Source of the DNA: Trichosphaerium sp. ATCC 40318
Taxonomy: Eukaryota; Protista; Tubulinea
Direction: 5' to 3'
Assembly (NCBI GenBank): GCA_038496445.1
Contig: JALMLS010000621.1
Location: 112,064-176,063 of the forward strand
DNA: 64,000 nucleotides
In this document: positions 1 to 12,900 of the stretch, piece by piece
Numbering within the stretch: the first letter of the stretch is position 1
How the letters are laid out: each line of letters begins with the position of its first letter
Notes under the pieces: model-generated
The model's input: the letters and a program-made list of their open reading frames with translations, nothing else
Told to the model about the DNA's origin: nothing
The model's database searches: none
Translations under genes and position numbers: made by a program

Positions 1-1056
1 GACATCGAGTTAAGGCCAAAAAAAAACAACTGCAAAAAAAAAAAAAGCAAACAAAAAAAAACGGCCGGAAAACAAGAAAGTCTCGGTGGGTACCTTTACA
101 ACTTCCTTGGAGTACAAATACTCAGACTGTTGTGTAAGTGCTGTGAGTTTGTTATTATAAACAAAACCACGTATTACAGTTCCAGCACGTAGGTCTGCAT
201 TCCATTTTGATATAAAAACGGGTACAGGGAATTTACGTTGTACCCTTGACATGTGAATACAAGTCTGTAGATCTTTTTTAAAAGCAAGACTTCGTGTTAT
301 TAACTCTACAGCATCTTGTCCTGTAGTAACTTTGAGTCCTTGGCGAGCTGCCTCATGCAATGCGTCAATTTCGGCGTTATCTAGGTCAACTCCCTATTTA
401 CAAAGAAAAAAAGCGTTAGAGTAACGCTTAAGAGTGGTTTGGTGCTATTGTACTTCTTTTTTATGCTTTTTGAATGTTTTTTCATGTAACACCTCGTTTA
501 GGGTTGCTTTTGTACTGCCGCAGAACTCATTAAACGTCCAGTCTTTTGCAGTTTTAGAACCTAGTACGTAAAGGTAAGTCCCTGCGTTTGATTGTCCGCA
601 AAAAACAAAAAAACCCTATCAGACACGCACCCATACGGATGAATACAGGTGCTCCCATCTGTGAAATGGCTGTATCCAGCTTTGCAACTAAAACGTCTTA
701 GAAGGTTATATTAAACGCATAACACATACCTAGGCCATCTAGAATCACTTTAACTTGTTCAGGAATCGGGATAACCAGTTTAGGGTCTTCCTGTGCGTTG
801 AATTTTGCTACGACGGCTTTTGCCTCTACTTCCGATAGTGGAACGAATGATAGGAAAACGCCATTATCCTAGCGTAAAATAAGCGGCGGAACGCTCGCTA
901 CAAAAAAAAGAAAACGCTTACCCCAAGCTTACTCCACCATTTGTACATGCCGGCGATGAGGCAAGAATCTACGGCGTTTAGTTCAATGTTAACTTTGCCA
1001 GACAGGAAATCCTCGGCCATTTTACTCAAATCTGATTTTTGTGCTGCTTCAGCCAT
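1..1056 (-). CDS. Cdc123/D123-like (R2K clade) ATP-grasp protein, multi-exon, 3' end runs off the window
   Basis: ATG at 1056 (MAEAAQKSDLSK...). Spliced product contains FIRMG-SKTAKD and VIRGFVYNNKLTALTQ, resembling the R2K motifs F-x-R-x-S-x-R-S-P-K-D and EFRxFVxxxxLTAISQ. A GT donor at 93 shows the gene continues past the ORF-track frame. Confidence 0.6.
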
Positions 1057-1188
1057 TGTTGATGATAATAAGTGTTCAACTAACTGGTGCTTATTTGGAC
1101 GATACCGTTTTGATTACTTAACTGTTCAGTTTAAGTGTATGCAATTTTTTGGCGCACAGAGGGCATTGTACATGGTCGTAAAGCCGTT

Positions 1189-3358
1189 ATGACTAATTGC
1201 AGTTTGTATCTCAGTGAAAACGCAAAGAATTTATCAAAAGAACAAGCAAACGCCCGTCGTCTCATCCATGGTTCGGTAGAACACAATTTGCGGGAATTTT
1301 TGTATTTAGATGGCACCTCGGAGCTACGATTATGGCTATGCAGTTCTCTTAGCGTAATTAAGGTTGTTCTCAATACCGTTAACGATTTTTAACCCTCTAC
1401 TAGCTGAAGGACAGGCATAAGGTGGATATAGTCAAAGGGGCATTACTCGACGCGTCAGACGCTTCCCTGGAACAAATATTGCTGGTAAAGTGACACTTTA
1501 CACCTAAACCACAAGGACGCCATACTGACGTTGGCATAGAAAATGTGCGGCGTTATGGAGGATAAGATTGGACGAGTGCTTGCCACTGAACCAAGATTAT
1601 TTCAAAAATACTTTAAGGGCGACAAGGCGAGAATGTTAAAGTGGTTTGACTGGTTTTACGTCGATGACGACCAAAGTAAGAGAAATCAGCCTTTCCAGTA
1701 TGGTGCTGATGCAATTGAAAAATTCGGGTTTGCGCATCGAGATGAGAGCTGGGACGACACCATGAGATGGGATTCTCATAGACCTATAACACCTGTATCT
1801 GCTGCGCGGCAGCGACAACTATTTATGCATTTGAACGTCTATAAAACTGTCAAAAAACTCATCAAATGTACGTGCCCCTTTGGTTTATCACGTGACCTGA
1901 ATGAGAAATAGCAAACAAAAAAACTAGAAGACGAGAAAAAAATGTCTTTTTTTTTTTTGCCTTTTTGTTTCTTCTTAGCTTTTCCATCGCCACTAACCCT
2001 TTGTGTGGTTACAGATGATAGATTTTGGGAATCAGAAGATTTCTTAAACACTGTAAGGGATGGGAAGTTCTTATCTGTGCTGGACAAGATGTACTTCGTA
2101 CAGTACGCTCAATCCAACGGTTTCTGTTCTTTTTTGCTTATCTGTGCGTTTTAGAATAATGCTTAGTGAATACCGTCGGAATGACCGCTCTTATATTGGT
2201 CGCAAAGTAGATCAATTATTTGATGATTATATCGCATCTTGCGATGTTGGTGAAGTGCTATCTGATTTACTAATGACGCTCACTGTAGAACAATCTGTTC
2301 ATATTGTAAAGCGCTTACATAGACTCCATGATAACCCTAGAACAGACGTACGTTAAACATCCCACTATCAGAAAACTGTTGTGTCCATATTCTATGAAAC
2401 GATCTTTTTCAAGTTAACTAAATGCAGTATCCCAATTTTCTTTTTTTTACGAAGTTTTTCTCATGCAGTTATAGGTAATAACTCGAATCCTTGGTTGTAT
2501 TCTTGGACGTGAAAACAATGATAGTATATCTGAGAAGTGGGATAAATTGTTACTATTTAACGCGCTAACACCTCAACACCGTCATAAAGTCATTTATGCC
2601 ATTGTGCGTATTTTCTTGTTAAGTTTTCAAACCATGTGAACTTCAATACAATCAACAACCAATCAAAACATTTTGTGTCAACAAATCAGCACTAGTAATT
2701 CTCGTATTACAAGTTGTGGCATAAATAGCGCTTTGAGAGTTATTTTTATTTTACAAACAATCACGTGATTGTGTGACTTTTTTTTGCTTATTTTATTTTT
2801 ACCTAGTTTCATGATGATTCACAAACACCGGTGTATAACAAGTTTAATACTCTGCATGGTGATCCAAAGGTTGATAGTTGTCAACATTACGCTTTAAAAA
2901 AAGAGGTGTTGTCCGTCACTAGTTCGAAACAATCTCATGGTGGTGATTATAACGCTCTCAAGTTTTTTTTGATTGAGTCTGTAATTCTAGAATACCGGCT
3001 TACAAAATTCGCTACAGACAAGTCTTCTTATGATGATATTCTTAAAGAGAATAGTTTAATTGTTACGCCGTATTATCAAGAAGCAGTCAGTACACACAAA
3101 AAAAAGAGACGTAAAAAAGATAAAGGAAAGAAAAAAAAACACAAAAGATGGTCGGGTGATGACGGGTCATCTGATAGAGATACTAAAACATTTGATGGAT
3201 GGCATTTAAATTTTATAGATGAGAATATTGGAAAGCGTAATTCTACCTCAAGAAAAAGAGAAATAGGCGCTACACGTCCTCGAGTTGTTGGGATTTCTGA
3301 GATGCCTTGTATTTTAGCAACTTATTTTTTTAATGTACAGTTTTTGTATAAACAATAA
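1189..3358 (+). CDS. Uncharacterised protein resembling the plant At5g48340 family, with a Lys/Arg-rich NLS-like C-terminal patch
   Basis: Spliced motifs SELRLWLCSSLS, FKGDKARMLKWF, GADAIEKFGFAHRDESW and RFWESEDFLNTVRDGKFLSVLD match recalled family motifs (SEARLWLCS, GAKALxQFAFxNRDICW, FWSSNEFAESLKDG). KKKRRKKDKGKKKKHKR lies near the C-terminus. Confidence 0.65.
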
Positions 3359-3906
3359 AAGACACGAACTATCTTTTTTTCAAACAAAAAAATGTCACCC
3401 CCTTTTAATTCCTTTGGATCCTATGTATGAGTGGTACAATATGTGTCCGGAAAATTCGGTAGTCCTTTTTTCTATACATAGTAACGTAAGATAACTTTTC
3501 CGACAAAAATGAAAAAAAAAAAATCTACAAAAAGATTTTCGGAGTTGTCTTGCATTTATTTCAAGTATTTTTCTGCGCAAAGTGCTTTAATAGATATATG
3601 TGATGTATAAAGATATATGTTCGCAAATTGTACACAATATTAGGGCTGGATAGTTTGTGAAAAAAACACTAAAGAAAGAAGAACTAGAGTTTTTTTTTTT
3701 GTGAATGTATTTTTTGACCATTTGCAGTAGCCTTTGTGTAAATTTACTCGGCCGGAGTTGAAGATATGTGTGAATACGTATGTACTTGTATTATATCTTT
3801 TACATGTCCTTATTACAAGTTTATTCTTTTTTCAGTTTGTGTTGCTGTTACCCTTTTTGTGTGTACGTTTTCAAATTTAATTAAATCTCTACAGTTAACC
3901 ACTCAG

Positions 3907-6900
3907 ATGTTTCAAAGCGAAGCTCCTATGCTTACACTGTTAGCAACGCTGTTAATTCTGTGTAGAGTTAACGCTCAAATAAGCGGTATAGTATACCGTG
4001 ACTATGATTTTGACGGCAGAAGAGACGCTCTAGAGCCAGGTATGTAAGGTAACAATAGGCTAATTAACTTTCCGGAGGTATCTCTATGGTGGATCTTGAC
4101 CTTTTCGACGGCAACAATATGAATGTTGGATCTGCTACAACCGATTCCAACGGCGCCTACAGCATTTCAGTTGTAGCTGGTAAACCCGTTTTGTCACGTG
4201 ACACCAAATATTTTTAACTTTGGTTAGGAGTGTACAGACTAGAAGTATCGAACAGTCCAGCACTGTTCACCCATTCCTCTTCAACGAACAATGACGGAGG
4301 ACCTGTTTTTTCAACAACACATGTATTTTCGGCTCCTACAACTAGTGCTGATATTCCTCTATCTGCACCTCATGACTATTGTGTTGGTGATATTGTAGAT
4401 GGAGTCAGAGCACAATTTGATGTCGTCACCACATGCTTTGTAGCAGGTTAGTTGAACTGTTCGCTTCTCGCAAAAAGTTCTAACAATTACTGGGTAGGTG
4501 ATCAAACTACTGCGGAGTCAACGATAGTTTTAAAACCAAACACTGCCGGCACAATGGACTTTTTTGATTTTGCAGCCGGTTCAGAAGATTTTACAACGGA
4601 TGTATGTACAGATGTACAGACAGGACCTGTTTGGGGGGTTGCCTATTCACGACTTACAAGGCAGTTATATCTAAGTAAGTCGCCACCATGCAGAATGATT
4701 ATTTGGGCTTATACTAAATAGGTTCGTTTCAAAAGACGCATGCTGGGTATACTGTTGGTCAGACACCATCCACCATTTATAGGCTTGACACTAGAGCCGG
4801 AGTAACATGTAACATTGTACAGAACATTGACATGGCAGCGTTTGGATTCCCGGCTACTGACTTGGCGCCGAACCAATTGCATAATGTCGCAGACTATTCA
4901 ATTGATTCAATTGCTATACCGCTTATTGGCAAGCATGGGTTCGGGGCTATGGATATAAGTGATATCGAAGACTTCCTTTACGTTGTAAACTTATTTTCCA
5001 GGACAGTTATTCGTATTGGCCTTGGTACGCAGCCTCACGGTTTTTTTTTTGGTGTTCTCAGCTTTCAAACAAAAACCCAAAGTCCGTATCTTGTAAATTT
5101 TAAATCACACTCTTTTTAGAAGTCTCTGCCATGCCTAGACTTATCGAAGCGAGTGATATCATCGCAAAAGCTATACCGGATCCAGGTACAAACAAAACCC
5201 CACATGTTAGCTCGCGCACCTTGATAAACACGTTTTAGGTGCATCATGTGTATTTGATATGGCAACGCCTGTTAACGTATTGAACTTGAATGTTCGCCCT
5301 TACGCCATTAAGTGCGTCTTTTATTTTTTTTTACTAACAACAATACCTTATAAACGCTCTAAAAGCACTACAAACCATGTTTGTTTGCTACCTGAAAACA
5401 TCAAGTTTTGTTCAAAAACAAAACATTTTGGCTAACAAAAGACCGTATTTAGATACAATGAGGGTGTCTTATACCTCGGTATGGTTTGTACTGCCGAAAC
5501 AACTAATTTGCGCTCTGACTTGAGGTACTACGTGTACACTACTCCAGCAGACGACTTTGGTGCGCCTGGGCCAGTAACTTGGACCAAGGTAAATTTTAAT
5601 CTTTTCTCTTCATTTTGAAGTTCGCTAAGCGTTTTAACATTAGATTGTGGACGAAGGAATGGACTACGATCGTCAACCTGCTCTGCAATGTGGTTCCTCA
5701 GGTATCCCAGCCCAGGAGCATATTCAATGGAATGCATGGACGGAAACTTTTTTAGCTCCTGAATGTTTCGAAGAAGGTACTGTATCTCTCCTTTTGGCTA
5801 TTAACACCTAGCTTTTTTTTTAATTTTATCACGTGACTTTTTTTTTTTTCAAATTTTTTCTCAACCTATGATTAGTGGCACATCCGCAACCTATACTAGC
5901 AGGCATTGAGTTTGATGAAACAGGGAACATGATTCTGGGATTTCAAGATAGATTTGGAAGTCAAGCAGGAGATTATAGTGTCGACGTAGTTGGCGATATT
6001 GGCGGGGACGCACTCTGTTTTTCATACGACAGTGGCAATGGTACTACACACATTTATTAGATCTGTTTGAATAATTTTTACCGTTGACGCGTTGTGTAGA
6101 CATTTGGATAAGAGAAAGTGGACTTGGTGGTCCCGCAACTTGCGGTAGTAACACAGCAAATATAGCAAGTGGTCTTGGACCTGATGGCGGCAGTGAATTT
6201 TTCTACGGTGACGTTTACACTGATTCTAATGGCGCCGGCTTTCATCAAGAAACTTTTCAAGGTGGCTTGGTAACTGTTCTTGGTGGGTATCTTTTTCACA
6301 ATTTTATTATTTTTCTTTTTTCAAGGCATCACCAATATTGGTTGATTTTTACTCTTTGATTTCTTCTTTCGTATTTTATTATTATTTACAATGAGTTTGG
6401 TATACATACATTATTACGACTTCTAAATTAAATCATATGCTGAGCCTTTTTTTTTTTCAATAATTATTTTCCAATAAAATCTGGTCTGATTGAGTATAGG
6501 AACTGGCGAGCTTATAATGCCAGCGATGGACCCTCTTGATGGAAATTCCGGTGCTTTCTCAGGTGGTATTACAAATCAGCAGTCCAGGTATTTTTATACA
6601 TGGTTGACTAGCTTGGATTAGACAGTTACTCTGTATCTGAAAAATAATTTTATTTACGTTTTAACTACAACACATCTACTCTGTATAGCCAGAATTTAAT
6701 TTTTCAGAGTAAACGTATAGGATCAATCAAAAACCAACCTTTATTTTTATCGAAATACAGAGTAAACTTACAGAATCAATCAGTATTTTCTCTTAATATT
6801 TTTGACAAAATTCAGGGATGGACAAAAAGTACTTTCCTATCTATTATATACAGGCGGCAATACTGGTATTTTTTTTGCGAAATCTACAGGTGTGGGGGAG

Positions 6901-9900
6901 GTAGAACCAATATGTGATCCTCCACCATCACAAATCGGCAACTACATTTGGATTGACACTGATTGTGATGGTATTCAAGATCCAAACGAGTCAGGTCCTG
7001 ATGGCGTCATTGTTACGTTAAATCGTAATGACGGTAGCCCATTAGTAACTTCAGTTACTTCGAATGGCGGGTGCGAACACTCTAAATATATTATTAAATA
7101 TGTCTCTTACTTTACACCAGCTACTTTGGATTGACATCTCCTGATCCAATATTTTCGCCTGTCAGTTGGACAATTACCGTGGATATGACACAAGCAAACT
7201 TACAAATGCCTGACGTTTCTAATTTTGTGTCAGCATTGAACGCTGGAACAAATGATCGTCATGATAACGATTTTGTATTAGGTGTCAATGCTGTAGCGTC
7301 CGTAGATGTTTTAGTACCTACAACAGGGTACAGAAATCACAACATTGATCTTGGGGTTTGTCATGGAATACCACCAACGACGTTGCCACCAACGACATCG
7401 CCACCAACTACAGAACCACCGACAACCGAGCCACCAACAACATCGCCACCGACTACAGAACCACCAACAACCGAACCACCAACTACTGCGCCGCCAACAA
7501 CTGAGCCACCAACTACTATGCCCCCAACCACAGAACCACCGACAACTATGGCACCAACACGTGCGTCTAAAAATAAAAATCAATATTGATTTTTTATCAA
7601 TTAAACAAAATACTTAGATCCGCCTGTACTCATTGGTGATTATGTGTTCCTTGATGTTAACAATAATGGCATACAAGGTACGCTACTTTAGGTCCAAGAC
7701 AACTAAAATATTAATAGATGCTGGTGATGAACCTATTCCTGGACGTATCGTTGTTATTATTGATCTGTTAGGTGTAGAAATTGAAAGAACTACAACAGAT
7801 ATGTCTGGCTTGTACTATCTGGATGATAATGCTCTTGATCCTCTTACTGAATACTCCGTGTGCATACCTGTTCTTGCTGGCGAGATTTTATCACCAACAA
7901 GAGTTGGCTCTGATATATCCATAGACTCTGATGGTACTCAAGGCAGCTACGACTTTGATGGCGATTCTACATCTGATTTCGCATCTTGTCGCGACATTCG
8001 CACTCCTGCCTTCAAAATCAGTGACTTCACACTTGATTTCGGTATTGTTCGACCTCAACAAGCTCTTGGAGATCAAGTATTTTTGGACGAAAATAGAAAC
8101 GGCATATTCGGTACATGCAATAAAACCAAAACACGTGATTAAAAGGATTGTTCTCACATTTTTCTTGATTTAGATATGGGTGACACACCAATTAACGGTG
8201 CAGATATTGTTTTGTTGGACATGAATGGTATGAGAGTAGCCATCACGTCTTCAGATCCAATGGGTATCTTTACTTTCGATACAATGGATGGCGTACTGCC
8301 TGACACCTCATACACCATTTGTGTTCGCATACGCATGTTCGATGAGCCAACTGCGATAAACGCTGGTGTAGACGATAACATCGACTCTGATGGCGTGTTG
8401 AGTATGGCTGACTTTACAACACCTCCTAATGGCATGACTGAACCGGCTTCATGTGTTGGTATTGTACGTGCTATTAAACATCAACTTTTCACTCACAAAA
8501 GTTGTTTAGATGTCTCCTGCTCTGGGTATTGACAATCGAACAATCGGATTTGGATTTATCATCATGCCAGTGGCTATTGGCAATTACGTGTTTTTTGATG
8601 TGAACGCAGACGGTCTCCAAGATGGCACAGATATTCCTGTTTCAATGAGAACTGTTGTCGTACTTCTACCTGGTGGCACTGAAGTATCAAGAACAACAAC
8701 TGATATATCCGGTGCATACTCATTTGCAACACCTTTAATAGAACCAGCAACAGATTATCTTGTTTGTGTACAACTCATCACAAACGAAGCTTCAACTTCA
8801 ACAACTGCGGGTATCGATTCCACCATCGACTCTGATGGCAGTGACTCCATGTTTGATTTTGATGGAGACATGATGGGTGATCCAGCATCTTGCACATTAA
8901 TTGTACGTTAATAGTTCATTTTCACTCAGTTCTAACAATACCCACAGAGATCACCAATACCAGGCCAGACTGATATTACGATCGATTTCGGTTTGTTGAC
9001 ATTAGACATCGAACTCGGTGATTATGTGTTTTTCGATACCAACAGAGATGGTATTCAAGGTAAACAGAAAAATAATTATTGTTATCAAAACAAAATAACA
9101 TGTGCTTAGATATGACTGATGTTCCAATCATTGGTGCCACTGTGGTGTTAATACAGGGTGGACTGGAAGTCAACCGCACTATAACAGACTCGGACGGGCT
9201 GTACTTATTTAACACAATGTCTGGTGTTGAAGCTAGCATGCCATATGTGATTTGCACTACGATTAGAGCTGATGAAGAACCCACCACTGCCAATCAAGGT
9301 CCCTCGGATATGCGTGATTCAGATGGATTCATTGACTCATATGACTTTGATAATGACATGGTGCTCAGACCTGCATCGTGCGCTAGTGTCGTAAGCTGTT
9401 TTATAAAACTGACTTTATTTGTATTAAGTATTTTGTCTTAGACTGCACCGTTATTAGACGAGTCCGATCTAACAATAGATTTTGGATTTGTTGCTCAAAC
9501 CATCACGATGGGTGATAGAGTCTTCTTTGACATCAATAACGATGGCATTCAAGGTACAATTAAAAATGCAATTTTGATTGAATGTTCTTTTTTATTTTTG
9601 TCACTTATGAACGTTTAGATTCCGGTGATGTTCCTGTTCAAACTCGCACTGTCGTTATATTTGAGACTGGCGGTAGCGGCCTTGAGATTGCTAGAACAAC
9701 TACAGACTCATCTGGATTGTTTACATTCGACACTTTTGATGGCATTAGTCCAAGCACACTTTATACCATATGTGTACAAATCGTATTGGGAGAGCTACCA
9801 ACAACAGCGAACCAAGGTTCTGATGACATGATTGATTCTGATGGTAGTTTATCATCCTTTGATTTTAACATGGACACAGTTCAAGAAGACGCCAGTTGTG

Positions 9901-12900
9901 TATCTGTTGTGCGTTGTTTTGAATTCCGCTCTTTATCCAATGCTGATTTTTTGTTCAAATTAGATGAGTCCTGTTCTTGGTACAACAAACTTGGACATTG
10001 ATTTTGGTCTTATCACCCCAGATCAATTTATTGGTGACTTTATTTTCACTGACGTAAACAGAGATGGTCTTCAAGGTATGTCTTGGAGCAAACCCCAACT
10101 TTCATTGATGTTTGTAACGTTGTTATCTTTAGATGGTGGAGACACACCTATAGCCATGAATCCTGTAGTGTTATTTGACAGTATGAGTGCGCGTGTTAGC
10201 AGTACAAATTCGAACAACCTTGGATTTTACATGTTTGGTACAATCGATGGATTGGATCCCAGCACATTGTACACTATCTGTACATTGATCCCAGATGTAC
10301 ACAACCCAGCAACAACTTCAGTGGGTTCAGACGGGACAATTGATTCCGATGGTGTTCTACGTATGGTTGATGTATCCATACCACCTGATGGCATGCCTGA
10401 TAGGGCTTCATGTCTTGATTTTGTACGTATTCGTTTATTTGTCATTTCTCGTTCATAACAGCTCATCCCCTTTTTTTAGACATCGCCATTCACTGGAGTT
10501 AACAACTTGAACTACGATTTCGGATTTGTAGAACAACCAAGTGTCATTGAAGGATTTGTATTTTTCGATGAAGACGGTGCTGCAATCCAAGATATGTTTG
10601 ACACACCTGTCATGATGAGACAGGTTGTATTGTTGTTTGGTGGGATGGAAGTAGCGAGAACCGATACTGACGGTTCTGGTATTTTCACATTCGACACAGA
10701 TACTGGTGTCATTGCGAACGAGATGTACGAGATATGTGTCTTATTGCTTCCAAGCGAACTTCCATCAAATGCAAATCAAGGACCGAGCGATGCTCGTGAC
10801 TCTGATGGATTATTGTCATCATATGATTTTACAGTTCCTCAAGATGCCACCCTGGAACCAGCTTCCTGTGCATCACTCGTACGTTTGTAGCACACGTTTG
10901 TTGATTGTTGATGTATTTAGACTGCTCCTGGACCCGCCATGACACATGATACAACTGACTTTGGTATCGCAAGACAAGATGTTGGTGACTTCATCTTCTT
11001 TGATGTGAATTCTGATGGTATCCAGCAAGGTAAACATCATTCCACCATACACATCTTTTCTTATTTTTCTCAGGATCCGATACTCCAATTCAAGGACAGA
11101 CGGTCGTCATCTTCCGTAGTGACGGAACTGAGCTTGCACGTACCGTGTCAGATATTGACGGACTGTACTCATTCAACCTGGCTGATGGTGTCATGCCAAA
11201 CACGCCTTACACCATTTGTGTTGCGATACGATTTGGTGAAGAACCAACACAAGCCAACCAAGGTCCAAGTGACGCTCAGGACTCTGATGGATCTCTTCAA
11301 GCGGATTTCTTTGATTTTGATGGCAATGGTGTACTTGATGATGCATCATGTGCCAACCTTGTACGAGTTTCTTACAGTTATAAATCTAAAATGAACTACC
11401 CTCCTGTAGATGTCAGCTGATTTGGGTATCACCGACTTCACAACTGATTTTGGATTTGTAAATATTGAAATTGTTACGATTGGAAACTTTGTGTTCCTTG
11501 ATAGCAATAGAGATGGTCTTCAAGGTAACGTTGAAGATAAACTTGGTTTTCTTTATTTGTTTAATTTCTGATTAGATGCCATGGATGTCGCTATTCAAGG
11601 TGCTGATGTTGTTATAATCGATATGGCAGATGCTGTAGTTGCGAGAACCATCACAGATGTGAATGGCAATTACGACTTTAATACATTCGATGGCATTCAA
11701 CCAAACGCAGACTACATCATTTGTGTTTCAATCAGGGCTGGAGAGCAACCCACATTGAATGATATTGGCATGGATGATACAAGTGACTCAGATGGTGTCC
11801 TTGATGCTTTCGACTTTGATGGAGACATGATCGATGAACCTGCCTCTTGCAATCCTGTTGTAAGTTGTTTTTTCGATATGAAACACGTTATTTACTTGTT
11901 TCTAATCCATCCTAAATAGACAACTCCAAGCCTCAGTAGTTCTGATCTATCATTTGACTTTGGATTTATTCCACAAACAATATCAATTGGTGACTTTGTT
12001 TTCTTTGATAACAACGAAGACGGCCTTCAAGGTTTGTATTTTGTTTGTCTTATGTTTAAACAATATTGCATTTGCTTATTTCTGTTTGGTAGATCCTGGA
12101 GATGTTGGGGTACAGATGAGACAGGTTGTTATTTTAAATACAAACGACAGAAGTCTCGTATCTACAACGACTTCGAGGATTACAGGATCTTATGAATTCA
12201 ATACAATTGATGACAACATTGTACCAAACACGAATTACATTATCTGTGTTCCATTGTTGGTCGGCGAACTAGCTTCTCCAAGTGGTGCTGGAATGGATCC
12301 AATTGATGATTCTAATGGAGTGCCAAGTTCATTTGATTTTGATGGTGACTCTGTTGCAGAACCAGCCTCATGTGCTTCAGTCGTATGTCATTTTTTGGTT
12401 TTGTTTTGATTACTTTTCTTACAACTTTGTAGACAAGTCCAGCGCTTGGTGATACTGACATAACCATTGATTTGGGTATCACCACACCAACGCAGTTTGT
12501 TGGTAACTTTATATTTTTTGATGCGAACGGTAATGGCATTCAAGGTACAACTTAACTGAAAGCCTTTAGTTTCATTCAAATTCATTGTACGCCCCTTTAT
12601 AACTCCTTTACCAAGATGCTGTTGATATGCCTCTCGCCAACTACGACGTGATACTATACTCTAGTGCAGGGATGGAAATATTGAGAAAGACAACTGACAT
12701 GAACGGTATTTACACGTTCGATACAAGTGAGGGAATAGCACCAGATACTCAATACACCATTTGCACTCCACTTCCAACTGACCAAGATCCTTCAACTGCA
12801 AACCAAGGTGCTGATGATACCATTGACTCTGATGGTGTTATACGTACATTGGATTTATCGAATCCACCAGACATGATGCTAGATCGTGCATCTTGCATTG

